Positions 1 to 9,198 of a stretch of 64,000 nt of DNA are shown here, piece after piece. The first letter of the stretch is position 1. Each line of letters starts with the position of its first letter. A program made the translations under genes and the position numbers. The stretch covers positions 5,442 to 69,441 of the forward strand of contig JAURMX010000009.1 of the NCBI GenBank assembly GCA_030830475.1, given 5' to 3'. This DNA comes from Candidatus Nanopelagicales bacterium. Its GTDB lineage: Bacteria; Actinomycetota; Actinomycetes; Nanopelagicales; Nanopelagicaceae. The notes under the pieces were generated by a model. It was not told the origin of the DNA and ran no database searches. It saw nothing but the letters and a program-made list of their open reading frames with translations.

Positions 1-212
1 AAACAAAGGATTTAGCTGTGGTGGAGTTTTTAGTTAAGAAATCCGGAAGCAATACCTGGCAATCCTTAGGGGTCGATCTAAATCAACCCTTCCGAGTTTA
101 TCTTGATCCTGGAGAACACTCTGGGCAATTAGAGGTTAAAGCTGTTGTAACCAACTCTGCAGGAAGGAAATATGAGCTCCCAAGCACCGCTCTACGCATT
201 GCCACACCATGA
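1..212 (+). CDS. 3' end of a CDS that starts upstream of the window (C-terminal domain, function unknown)
   Basis: The reading frame is open from the window edge (frame of 18..212) to TGA at 210-212. The tail ...GEHSGQLEVKAVVTNSAGRKYELPSTALRIATP looks like a beta-sandwich-type C-terminal domain. No family assignment is possible. Confidence 0.5.
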   Translation, partial: TKDLAVVEFLVKKSGSNTWQSLGVDLNQPFRVYLDPGEHSGQLEVKAVVTNSAGRKYELPSTALRIATP

Positions 213-1977
213 TGGAAGCGAGCGTTATCTAAGCTCCTTAGCGCCAAAGTTGGGAGATAAGGTCACATTTAAGTTCCGTGCCAGCGCTGATCTCAAAATA
301 GAGAAAGCGATTCTGCGTCTCTATCATGATGGTGAACCAAGATTCTTTCCGATGATTAAAGGTGTTAAAGGCAGAGAGCAGTGGTGGCAGGCAAAAGTTA
401 AGATACTAAACCCGAAGACGGCCTATAGATTTTTAATTGTTAATGGAGAGCACTACTCCTGGTTAAATGCGCAGGGATTTCATAGTAATGATGTAACCAG
501 CACCCATGATTTCCACCTGCTTGCCACCCCAGAGTTTCCAAAGTGGATTCGCAGCTCAGTTTTCTATCAGATATTTCCAGATCGTTTCGCTACCTCGGGT
601 AAGTACCGAAGTTTGATGCCAAAGGAGTTTGTCGTTAGAGATTGGAGCGATCTACCTAAAGGAAGGCATAAGACAACAGGTGTCGAGTACTTTGGCGGGG
701 ATATGGATGGTGTAGCCCAGAACCTTTCCCACATACAAAAACTTGGCGCCAACGGCATATATTTCACGCCCTTTTTCCCAGCCAGATCTACCCATAGATA
801 TGACGCCAGCTCCTTTGATGAGGTTGATCCACTTCTAGGAGGTAACCCCGCTTTTTTAAGATTGTTGAAGATAGCCCGCAATAAGAAAATTCATATTATG
901 GGAGATCTAACTACAAACCATTGTGGTGCAGGACATCCCTGGATTAAGAAGGCTTTAGCTAACAAAAAAGCTAAGGAGCGGGAGTTCTTTTATTGGGATA
1001 GATCGGTAAAACATGGTTATGAGGGCTGGTGGGGCCTGGCCTCCTTGCCAAAGTTGAATTATAACTCTAAGAAGTTAAGAGATTTGATGTACTCCGGTAA
1101 AGGTTCGATCGTAAAAAAGTGGTTAGGAAAACCATTCTCCTTATCTGGCTGGCGTATTGATGTTGGAAACATGACTGGGCGCTACCGTGGCGAAGATATG
1201 AACCGTGAAGTAATTCTGGGAATTCGCCAAGCGGTGCAAGCAACCAATTACGATGCTTGGTTGCTTGCTGAAAACGCCGACCACTTTCCAGCTGATTTAG
1301 ATGGATTTGGCTGGCATGGCACTATGAACTACAACGGTTTCATGAGGCCGGTGTGGGGTTGGTTGAAGCACCAGCCACAGGTTGACTCTGGTTTCTTTGG
1401 AGTCCCAGTTGAGGTTCCGCGTTTTAGTGGCAAAGAGATGGTCGCTGCGATGAAGGAGTTTTCCTCAACTATTCCCTGGCGCAATTTTGTTTCATCAATG
1501 TTGTTACTTGATTCTCATGACACAGCAAGGTTTAGAAATGTAGTTGGTACCAACTCCAAGCTTCATCTTTCCGGTATGGGTTTGTTGCTTACATATCCTG
1601 GAGTGCCCTCAATATTTGCCGGAGATGAGATAGGTGTGCAGGGCGCCTGGGGAGAGGATGCGCGCCGAACCATCGATTGGAGCGGTGCAAATTGGGATCA
1701 TGATTTCTTCAATGAGGTGCGAAAATTAGTAAAAATCAGGCGTAATTCTCATGCCCTAGCCCATGGTGGCTTACGTTGGTTGGTGGTCGAAGATGATGCC
1801 ATCGCCTTTATTCGCGAATCTTCCAAGGAAAGTGTCCTAGTTGTTATAACCCGCAAAGCGGTACAGGTCGCGCTGCCGCTAATTGAAGGCAACATAACGA
1901 CGGTTTACGGAGCTGATCTATTTAACGGGGTATATCGCAGCCCTGATGCTTCAGTTGGTATCTACCGGGTTAGCTAA
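172..1977 (+). CDS. Glycoside hydrolase family 13 (alpha-amylase family; neopullulanase/maltodextrin glucosidase-like) with N-terminal domain
   Basis: All four GH13 conserved regions are visible: YQIFPDRF, GDLTTNHCG (region I), GWRIDVGN (II), LAENADHF (III), LLDSHDTARF (IV). The start is uncertain (ATG 172 overlaps the upstream ORF by 41 nt; TTG 199 is an alternative). Confidence 0.9.
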   Translation: MSSQAPLYALPHHDGSERYLSSLAPKLGDKVTFKFRASADLKIEKAILRLYHDGEPRFFPMIKGVKGREQWWQAKVKILNPKTAYRFLIVNGEHYSWLNAQGFHSNDVTSTHDFHLLATPEFPKWIRSSVFYQIFPDRFATSGKYRSLMPKEFVVRDWSDLPKGRHKTTGVEYFGGDMDGVAQNLSHIQKLGANGIYFTPFFPARSTHRYDASSFDEVDPLLGGNPAFLRLLKIARNKKIHIMGDLTTNHCGAGHPWIKKALANKKAKEREFFYWDRSVKHGYEGWWGLASLPKLNYNSKKLRDLMYSGKGSIVKKWLGKPFSLSGWRIDVGNMTGRYRGEDMNREVILGIRQAVQATNYDAWLLAENADHFPADLDGFGWHGTMNYNGFMRPVWGWLKHQPQVDSGFFGVPVEVPRFSGKEMVAAMKEFSSTIPWRNFVSSMLLLDSHDTARFRNVVGTNSKLHLSGMGLLLTYPGVPSIFAGDEIGVQGAWGEDARRTIDWSGANWDHDFFNEVRKLVKIRRNSHALAHGGLRWLVVEDDAIAFIRESSKESVLVVITRKAVQVALPLIEGNITTVYGADLFNGVYRSPDASVGIYRVS

Positions 1978-2782
1978 GCCAAAAACGCAAGGCATCATCA
2001 ACATACCTGGACCAGGATCTCTCATTGTGTCCGGTGCGATGGTAAACCTTGCTAACAAAGTTGGAGTGCCAGCCGTTTTTGCGGGCTAGTTCATCAGCAA
2101 ACTCTTGAAATGGTTGATAGCTGGCGTCAAGACCTTTAGTGCCACGACTCATCCATAACTTTCGCTCCGGATGTTGTGGCAAATTATGAACTAGATATTC
2201 AACTAGTGGATTTCCAGCCAGAACCCAGTGTGGTGAGAACGCCAAAGTGGTGTGGAAATAATCGGAAAACTTTGCCGCAGCATAGAGTGTTGCTAATCCA
2301 CCCATAGAAGAGCCCAGCATCGCGGTGTTGTTTGGCAATGCAACTGTACCGGTTAATTTAGCAATGCTAGGCAATATCTCATGGAATATTCGAGTTAAGT
2401 ACTCGTTACCCCGTAAATCGCTTATCTCAAACGTTGTAATGGGGTTACTGGGTTTCATACCGCTATGAAATGCATCTTCAGGGGAGAGATCTTTAATACG
2501 ACCGTAAGGATCTTGTTTATTGGAGCTGTGAAAGATTCCAATAACCAATGGAGGTTTTTTGTGATTTTCCTTCGCAACTCGTAATGCATTTTGTGTTAAG
2601 CGCCAGGTTTGACGAAGATGTGTGGCGGTACGTGGATCGAATATGTTCTGCCCATCATGAGCAATTAGCACTGAGTCAGAACCGCCCTCTGGCGCCCAAA
2701 AATCGACGATTCGACCGGCAAAATCCACCCTGTTTACCTGGTCCGGTATGCCCCGGACTTGGAAGCGCTTAATCTCCTTCAT
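1970..2782 (-). CDS. Alpha/beta-hydrolase esterase (putative esterase / enterochelin-esterase-like family)
   Basis: 270 aa with nucleophile elbow GSSMGG and a C-terminal HRTGHNERSW histidine region. The 3' end overlaps the GH13 gene convergently by 8 nt. Confidence 0.8.
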   Translation of the reverse strand: MKEIKRFQVRGIPDQVNRVDFAGRIVDFWAPEGGSDSVLIAHDGQNIFDPRTATHLRQTWRLTQNALRVAKENHKKPPLVIGIFHSSNKQDPYGRIKDLSPEDAFHSGMKPSNPITTFEISDLRGNEYLTRIFHEILPSIAKLTGTVALPNNTAMLGSSMGGLATLYAAAKFSDYFHTTLAFSPHWVLAGNPLVEYLVHNLPQHPERKLWMSRGTKGLDASYQPFQEFADELARKNGWHSNFVSKVYHRTGHNERSWSRYVDDALRFWLS

Positions 2783-2799
2783 GGTGGTTGAATCATGCC

Positions 2800-4155
2800 A
2801 TGAGCAAAAGAGCCATCTTTTGGTTTCGCAGGGATCTTCGGCTAGCTGATAATCCGGCCTTGCTTGCCGCCCTTGATGAGGCTGATGATGTAATTCCGCT
2901 TTTCATTTTGGATGATGAGATATCTGAGCGCGCAGGGGAACACCGCAGGGCTTATTTGGCTGCATCACTTAATGCCTTGAATGAATCTTTGGGCGGAAAT
3001 CTTTTTGTAATTAGTGGTGATCCCGTAAGCGTCTTAAGAGATCTCAAGAAACGATACAAAGCAGATTCAGTACACAGCGCCTTCCCATTTGCTCCTTATG
3101 GCGAGACAAGAGATGCAGAGTTAAAAGTCGCTGGTATTGAATTGCAACAACTAGGTAGTGGATACGCGGTTGCACCGGGTCGGGTTCGTAAAGATGATGG
3201 CACCCCATATCGGGTTTACACACCTTTCTATCGAGCCTGGTTAGCACATGGTTGGCGCGCACCAGTTTCTGCACCAAAGAATCCCCAGTGGGTTAAACCA
3301 AAGAGTGGTGATCAAAAGATCCCTAACTGGAAATCTCCAAATGGTGTTGTATTGCAAGAGTCAGGCGAAAAAGCCGCTCAGGCTAGATTTAAAAACTTTC
3401 TTAAAAAAGCAGCTGATGATTATGGTGATGCCCGAAATATCCCTGGAGTTGAGGGAACTAGTCGACTAAGTCCTCATTTGCGTTGGGGAGAGATCCATCC
3501 GCGCACCATTTTGGCCGCGCTCGGAAATTCAAAAGGTCACGAGGTTTACCGCAAAGAGATTGCTTGGCGTGAGTTTTACGCTGATGTACTTCATCACAAC
3601 CCGCATACTTCGAGAGATTATTACGATGCCAAGTTCAAGAAGATGAAATATGACAAGCCAGGTAAGCAGTTTGAAGCTTGGTGTCAGGGCAAGACCGGTT
3701 ATCCATTTGTTGACGCTGCGATGCGGCAATTAGTTGCAGAGGGCTGGATGCACAATCGCACCCGCATGGTTGTGGCTTCATTTTTAGTAAAAGATCTGCA
3801 CATCGAATGGCAGCATGGCGCTAATTTCTTTATGAAATACCTGATTGATAATGATGTTGCCTCTAATTCGCATGGCTGGCAGTGGACCGCAGGTTGCGGC
3901 ACCGATGCCTCTCCTTATTACCGGGTATTCAATCCGATAGAGCAGGGCAGGAGATTTGATCCAGATGGTGTTTACATAAAGAGATTTGTTCCAGAGCTAT
4001 CCCATTTAGAGGGCGATGAAGTTCATGAGCCATGGGAGTCGGACAATGGTTATGAAAAAGGATATGTAAAGCGAATTGTTGATCACGCAGCAGAAAGGCT
4101 TGAGTCTTTAGCTCGCCTTGAAGAGATCAAAGCGGCAAAACCACTCAAGCCTTAG
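2800..4155 (+). CDS. phr: Deoxyribodipyrimidine photolyase (CPD photolyase, class I type)
   Basis: N-terminus MSKRAIFWFRRDLRLADNPAL is typical. The FAD-binding C-terminal region is present (TGYPFVDAAMRQL, WMHNRTRM, GWQWTAGCGTDA). ATG 2800 is preferred over TTG 2788 from the ORF track. Confidence 0.93.
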   Translation: MSKRAIFWFRRDLRLADNPALLAALDEADDVIPLFILDDEISERAGEHRRAYLAASLNALNESLGGNLFVISGDPVSVLRDLKKRYKADSVHSAFPFAPYGETRDAELKVAGIELQQLGSGYAVAPGRVRKDDGTPYRVYTPFYRAWLAHGWRAPVSAPKNPQWVKPKSGDQKIPNWKSPNGVVLQESGEKAAQARFKNFLKKAADDYGDARNIPGVEGTSRLSPHLRWGEIHPRTILAALGNSKGHEVYRKEIAWREFYADVLHHNPHTSRDYYDAKFKKMKYDKPGKQFEAWCQGKTGYPFVDAAMRQLVAEGWMHNRTRMVVASFLVKDLHIEWQHGANFFMKYLIDNDVASNSHGWQWTAGCGTDASPYYRVFNPIEQGRRFDPDGVYIKRFVPELSHLEGDEVHEPWESDNGYEKGYVKRIVDHAAERLESLARLEEIKAAKPLKP

Positions 4156-4178
4156 CTACTGCCAATTAGAGCAACTAG

Positions 4179-5612
4179 TTAAACTAAGAAGTTAGTGAAC
4201 TGCCAAGGATCGTTGCGATCAACCTTCTTGTCATTCCATCCTTCAAAGAGATCTTTGCGGTTCATTAAAGGATCCCAATCAGCAGCTTGTGAATGAATTC
4301 CACCCCAGTACTTCTCGGCATAACCCAAAACTTCACGCCAAGGAAGATCATCTGGCACCAGCAAACCTTTATCTGGATTTTTCATAGCCCAGGCAACAGC
4401 TGCGTAAACTGCCGAAGAAACCTGAACGGTTGTGGCTGATTGACCAGGAATCAACTTACGAGAATCGTGAATGTTAAGTAATGATCCGGTCCACCATGAC
4501 TTATAAGGGTGTCCCATAAGAAGTACTCCAAGGCGATCATCACCTTCAGTAATTTCATCATTCATGATGCGTTGATTCTTGTGAAGATCCCAGGAGCGCA
4601 TCTCTAGCTCTTTTAATGAAGAGATAGCTTCATTGGTAGGGCAGTATGCGTAATGAACGGTTGGACGATAAACCGCGTTGTCACCATTCCAAACCGTTAG
4701 GTGATCGGAGATAGTGAAAGCTTCACCATGACGGATGACCATGCCATGAATTTCAAAGTTAGGAACCCAGGAACGTACCCAGGTGGTTGCACCTGGTTGC
4801 GCAATAGCGATCTGATTCTTTGGTCCAACTTGGTGCTCGTAAGCATTTACCGGAAGGGTTTTTTCATGGGTGCCCCAGCCCAGCTCCGCTGGCGCGACTC
4901 CCTCTTCATAAAGACCTTCAACTGACCAGGTATTTACAAACTCTCCCCACTGCTTTGGTTTGTTAGTTACCTGAGTGTCTCTTTCTGAGATGTGGATGAC
5001 TTTAACGCCAAGTAGATGTGCTAACTGGTTATAACTTTCAGCGCTCAACGCAGCCTCTACACCATCTGCAGCCTTGCCATCCTTTATTGCTTGGGTTGCA
5101 ATATCAACTAATGATTTCTTAACTAAGTGTGAAACTAAACCTGGGTTTGCGCCATGCTCGACAATTGCAGTCGCACCTTTTTTGGTCCACTTAGATTTCA
5201 TCTCACGCATCCGCATGTGACGGTAATAAAGAGTGCGCTCTAGTGGATGCTTATTTGCTCCACCTTCATAGGGATCCCACTCTTCAACAGAGGTATTGAG
5301 ATACATGACGCCATGGTCATAGCACCAGGTAAGGATTGTGTTGGCATCAATGTTCCAAGCCAAATCAAGAAGGAAATCTCCGGCCTTTAGATACTTCGAA
5401 AGTTGTGCATCTAAATTTTCGCGGTTAATGACATCCTGTACATAAGTTGCGCCTTTATTTAACGCCTCTTGTACGCGAGCACGGTTGTCTCGCTGATCCA
5501 TAATTGTGATTTGTTTTGCATCAACTAAATGCTCAATAAGAAGTGGTAATACAGATTGTGAAACTGATCCTGCGCCGAGAATTAATACTCGATTTGCGAA
5601 CTTTTCTGCCAA
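4179..5612 (-). CDS. hss: Homospermidine synthase (bacterial type, saccharopine-dehydrogenase fold)
   Basis: 477 aa, the same length as bacterial HSS. It shows long collinear matches to HSS as I remember it: GANPGLVSH, ISERDTQ, FVNTWSVEG, PAELGWGTHE, VYRPTVHYAY, LGVLLMGH, VQVSSAVYA, C-terminal DPWQFTNFLV. TTG start with AAGGAGG RBS upstream. Confidence 0.85.
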   Translation of the reverse strand: MAEKFANRVLILGAGSVSQSVLPLLIEHLVDAKQITIMDQRDNRARVQEALNKGATYVQDVINRENLDAQLSKYLKAGDFLLDLAWNIDANTILTWCYDHGVMYLNTSVEEWDPYEGGANKHPLERTLYYRHMRMREMKSKWTKKGATAIVEHGANPGLVSHLVKKSLVDIATQAIKDGKAADGVEAALSAESYNQLAHLLGVKVIHISERDTQVTNKPKQWGEFVNTWSVEGLYEEGVAPAELGWGTHEKTLPVNAYEHQVGPKNQIAIAQPGATTWVRSWVPNFEIHGMVIRHGEAFTISDHLTVWNGDNAVYRPTVHYAYCPTNEAISSLKELEMRSWDLHKNQRIMNDEITEGDDRLGVLLMGHPYKSWWTGSLLNIHDSRKLIPGQSATTVQVSSAVYAAVAWAMKNPDKGLLVPDDLPWREVLGYAEKYWGGIHSQAADWDPLMNRKDLFEGWNDKKVDRNDPWQFTNFLV

Positions 5613-5709
5613 TTAGGGAACCTCCTTAGGGGGTCTTTTTCTCACCTCATATGTCGAGCCGCCAGGAACTCTGGGTTTTGGCTCATTGGTTTATAGGGAC
5701 GGCGGAAAT

Positions 5710-7113
5710 TTACAACCTAGCGCCTCGTGAACCTAATTCTGGACTCCAGGTTACGACGCCAGCCTTGGTCCTCTTGGCCTGATACATCGCCTCATCAGCG
5801 CGGCGCAGCAGTTGATCCGCCAGACTTTCCCCAGGAAGATTTTTTGCCTCTCCAATTGAGACATCCAACTTCAACTCCAATCCCTCTACGATAAATGGAT
5901 AAGACAAAGTGGCTCGAAGCGCCTGCGCTATTTCAAAGCCATCCTCGCCGGTAATCAAAGCGCCAAACTCATCACCACCAAGACGGGCCAGCAGTGAACG
6001 CTCTGGAATCAAGCGCTTCAATCTATTTGCTACCTGTGCCAACAACTGATCGCCAACCTCATGACCATAGCTGTCATTAACCGGCTTGAATCCATCCAGG
6101 TCCATAATCAAAACTGAACCAGGTTCTTGCAAGAACCCTTCAAACTCCACCATAAATCTTCTGCGATTAGCTAAACCCGTTAACTCATCGGTTCTGGCCA
6201 GAATCTGCTCATTGCTCATGTTGCGAGCGTCATTAATAGCGACACCCATTCGCATAAAGGAGAGTGCGATAGTCGCAAATGCTGGAACCAGAATAAATCT
6301 TGGAAAGTATTGGGGTTGGAACACAGCAATAGCCAAGATGGCAGAGCTTCCCAACAAGGCCAAGGTTGCCACTGTTGGATTAAAGCTTCGCGGCGCATTG
6401 GTCTCATCACCCTTATGCCAAATCGCCTCTGACAACAATATGAATCCGACTAACCATCCAATGTCAGTTAATGAAGCAAACTCATAAGTTCCGGCCTGAG
6501 AAGAGTAGAGAAAGTAAAAATCAGAAACGGTGTAAACCAAAACCCCAAGTGTCAAAAGCAGATTTCTTAATGAGAATTTATGCTGAACTGAAAGAACTAT
6601 GACGCTCACCAACAACACGACATCGCCAACCGGGTAGAGAATTGCAAGAAATACCTCGAAGCTGCTGCCAGTAATGCTGGTCATCGCCGGTCTAATCAAA
6701 AATGCAGAGAGAATCGTGGTGCCGCCAAGTGCGATGATTAAGGTATCTAGAATCTCTAATGATTTACTAGAAACCTTAAAGCGAATCGCTCTGGCAATTC
6801 CATAAAGAGCTAAGGGATAGAAGAGGGCATAAGAAACTTGCGCTAGTTGATTGAGTTGGATGCCAAAAAAGCTCTCGAGTGAGGAGGCGATTGAGCCAGT
6901 GCTCCAGATTAATATCGCAAGAGCAATTCCAGCCCTGCCTTGTCGATCATCTGGAACGGGGGAGAAGGTTAAGGTCACAGCGGTAAGAATCACTACCAAG
7001 TTGAAAAGTAAGAGATCGAGCTGCCATACAGGTTCTGTGTCATTTCTGAGAATTACATAAGCAATCAGAGTTGCGATAGCCATCACCCTAAAAGTCAGAT
7101 AAATTCTCACCAC
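5710..7113 (-). CDS. Membrane-bound diguanylate cyclase (GGDEF domain) with about 9 N-terminal TM helices
   Basis: The C-terminal domain carries DELTGLANRR, YGHEVGDQLL and the active-site motif RLGGDEFGA. The N-terminal 290 aa are hydrophobic helices with no recognisable sensor family. Confidence 0.85.
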   Translation of the reverse strand: MVRIYLTFRVMAIATLIAYVILRNDTEPVWQLDLLLFNLVVILTAVTLTFSPVPDDRQGRAGIALAILIWSTGSIASSLESFFGIQLNQLAQVSYALFYPLALYGIARAIRFKVSSKSLEILDTLIIALGGTTILSAFLIRPAMTSITGSSFEVFLAILYPVGDVVLLVSVIVLSVQHKFSLRNLLLTLGVLVYTVSDFYFLYSSQAGTYEFASLTDIGWLVGFILLSEAIWHKGDETNAPRSFNPTVATLALLGSSAILAIAVFQPQYFPRFILVPAFATIALSFMRMGVAINDARNMSNEQILARTDELTGLANRRRFMVEFEGFLQEPGSVLIMDLDGFKPVNDSYGHEVGDQLLAQVANRLKRLIPERSLLARLGGDEFGALITGEDGFEIAQALRATLSYPFIVEGLELKLDVSIGEAKNLPGESLADQLLRRADEAMYQAKRTKAGVVTWSPELGSRGARL

Positions 7114-7130
7114 TAAATAGTATTTAGGAG

Positions 7131-7562
7131 TTGCTAGTGGAAAATCAAAAAGAGGTTTCTCGTCGGGCAGTCTTATGTGGTTTAGCGGTGCTCACGCTGG
7201 GATTAGTTCCTGATAAAGCTATTGCTGCAACCGGTGTCAAAGTGCTAGCCAATGGCAAGGTAGATGTAACGCTCTCTAGAAATAAAGCGCTGCGCAAGGT
7301 CGGCGGGGTAGTTCAATTCACCGATGGTGCTGGTCAAGAAATCGCACTAGTAAGAACTGGAAAGTCGGCAAAGGCTTATCGCGCACTAAATCTCTCATGC
7401 ACCCATGAAGGAACTACGGTAATGAGAAGTGGTAGCAAATGGGTATGCCCAAATCATCGTGCCGAGTTTGCGATTAATGGAAATGTAAAAATAGGTCCAG
7501 CTAGAAGTAATTTAGCTGCAATCCCAGTTAAGGTTTCAAAAACAAAGGTCACGGTTGGTTAG
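7131..7562 (+). CDS. Tat-exported Rieske [2Fe-2S] domain protein
   Basis: Twin-arginine signal SRRAVLCGLAVLTLG...AIAATG. Rieske ligand boxes CTHEG and CPNHRAEF are present. 143 aa. Confidence 0.8.
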   Translation: MLVENQKEVSRRAVLCGLAVLTLGLVPDKAIAATGVKVLANGKVDVTLSRNKALRKVGGVVQFTDGAGQEIALVRTGKSAKAYRALNLSCTHEGTTVMRSGSKWVCPNHRAEFAINGNVKIGPARSNLAAIPVKVSKTKVTVG

Positions 7563-7578
7563 ACCGTGACCTTTGTTT
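7540..7578. terminator. Bidirectional intrinsic terminator (perfect 15-bp inverted repeat) between convergent genes
   Basis: AAACAAAGGTCACGG (7540-7554), loop ttggttaga, CCGTGACCTTTGTTT (7564-7578). It has A-rich/T-rich flanks on both sides and overlaps the Rieske stop codon. Confidence 0.6.
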
Positions 7579-7589
7579 ATTAATACTTT

Positions 7590-8288
7590 TTATAAACCAG
7601 GCTTGCAGGCGTTCTTTCTATTCTGCAAAGTTGATTTAACCTCAGTTTTTGAGTTTTCAACCGTTTGAAGAACATTTGCCTTTTGCTTTTCCTTCTTGGC
7701 TACCTCATTAATCTTGTCACGAAGGCTAGCTGCAGATCTTTCAAAGTTTCTGGCAGCTAACTCATAACTGCGGGCTGCTTTGGTCCATTGATCTGCTGCT
7801 GAGGTATATGACTTACCGGCAGTCGTCGTTGCTCCAACTTTGGCCGCTTCATCTGAAGCCGCCTTGGCTTTTGCTAAAGCTTCTGCCTGCTTAACCTTTG
7901 CGTCAGCTGCCTTCTGGTCAAAGACCTTCGCCTCAGCTTCATCATTTGGAGCTTCTGCCTTTAGTGCAACGATTTCAGAGTCAAGCATGGTTACCGCTTG
8001 CGCAGCAGACTCAGTAATGGTTTTTAATCTTGCATTTGACTCTAGGTACAACTTGTTTGAATCAATACAACCGACCCACACCCAAGTCAGCTTGGCCTTC
8101 TTTACAGTTGGGTTCTTGGTGCAGACGTATTTATCGCCGCCAATCTTGGTCTTGGCATTTGCCTTTGTGCAGCGCGCACCAGCCTTGTTAGCAGCCTCCG
8201 CCGGGATTACAGCGGTCATCGCCATCAGCAATGATGAGGCGGCCAAAAGGGTTGCGCCTTTGCCCATGAACTTGAATGAATTACGCAC
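7590..8288 (-). CDS. Secreted hypothetical protein, Ala/Lys/Glu-rich coiled coil with Cys-containing N-terminal module
   Basis: Signal peptide MGKGATLLAASSLLMAMTAVIPAEA. Mature protein has 4 Cys (CTKANAKTKIGGDKYVCTKNP...WVGC and C-terminal NACKPGL) and a long heptad-like AEAKV..KQAEALAKAKAA region. No family recognised. Confidence 0.6.
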   Translation of the reverse strand: MRNSFKFMGKGATLLAASSLLMAMTAVIPAEAANKAGARCTKANAKTKIGGDKYVCTKNPTVKKAKLTWVWVGCIDSNKLYLESNARLKTITESAAQAVTMLDSEIVALKAEAPNDEAEAKVFDQKAADAKVKQAEALAKAKAASDEAAKVGATTTAGKSYTSAADQWTKAARSYELAARNFERSAASLRDKINEVAKKEKQKANVLQTVENSKTEVKSTLQNRKNACKPGL

Positions 8289-8401
8289 CAGATCCTCCTG
8301 TTAAAGCTTTTTACAGCTAATAAATATGTCCTAATAGTAAAGGCATAGAACTCACATTTAGGTGAGGGAAACTCCACAGAGTTCACAGAGTTTGCTGAGA
8401 A

Positions 8402-9178
8402 CTAACGCCTTTGTCGGATACGTACGTTCATACCCATTTTTCGAATTAAAGGGCGTGGTCCAAATCGGGTAATCATGGAGATCACCTTGTAACTCCGACC
8501 TGGCACTGAAATCGCCTTACCAGTTTTTGCAGCGTTCCAGGCATCAGCTACAACATCATCTGCGCTGAGCCAGAGCCACTTTGGAACCGCACCCATCTTC
8601 ATTCCACCTCTTTGATGGAACTCGGTTCTGGTGAATCCCGGACAAAGGGCATGAACATTCACATTTGTATCTCTTAGTTCGGTATGTAGAGATTCACTCA
8701 AGACAGTTAGGTATGACTTGGCCGCGCTATAACTTCCACCTGCGATCCAGCTTGCAACGCTTGAGACGTTGATTACGGTCCCACCATTTCGCTGTTTCAT
8801 GCCGGGCAGGACTGCATGCATTAACCGCATCGGAGCAGTTACCAAGACATCCAACAGAGCAATCTCCTCTGCAGTGTCACTGGCAGTGAAACTTTTGTTT
8901 ATTCCGAAACCAGCGTTATTAACCAACACCTCAACCGGTCTACTTATATTTTGTAGGCGCAGCTCGAGACGTCGGATATCTTCATCCCGCGAAAGATCGG
9001 CTTGAATTACCTCTACCTCGATACCAAACTTACTTCGCCAACTTTCAGCTTTTTCATTTAGTCGATTGAGGTCTCTCGCCACAATAACCAAATCATGATT
9101 CTCCTTTGCTAAGAGTTCAGCAAAGGCGGCACCAATTCCGACAGTTGCGCCGGTTATCAGAGCGATTGGTCTATTCAT
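8402..9178 (-). CDS. SDR family oxidoreductase
   Basis: TGATVGIGAAF cofactor motif, NNAG, and catalytic YSAAK. 258 aa. Confidence 0.9.
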   Translation of the reverse strand: MNRPIALITGATVGIGAAFAELLAKENHDLVIVARDLNRLNEKAESWRSKFGIEVEVIQADLSRDEDIRRLELRLQNISRPVEVLVNNAGFGINKSFTASDTAEEIALLDVLVTAPMRLMHAVLPGMKQRNGGTVINVSSVASWIAGGSYSAAKSYLTVLSESLHTELRDTNVNVHALCPGFTRTEFHQRGGMKMGAVPKWLWLSADDVVADAWNAAKTGKAISVPGRSYKVISMITRFGPRPLIRKMGMNVRIRQRR

Positions 9179-9198
9179 ATCTTTGTTTAAGTCTTTGA

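Noticed and set aside
172-212. A possible frameshifted fusion between the edge-truncated upstream ORF and the GH13 gene (41-nt overlap).
   Set aside because: The GH13 N-terminal domain starts right at its own start codon, and the upstream ORF ends with a complete-looking domain. A simple overlap or a slightly later start (TTG 199) explains it.
7840-8304. A 154-aa ORF on the + strand (Ala/Ser/Phe-rich).
   Set aside because: It is the antisense shadow of the Ala/Lys-rich secreted protein gene (GCN/AAG codons read in reverse). It is low-complexity, has no signal or motif, and lacks independent start context.
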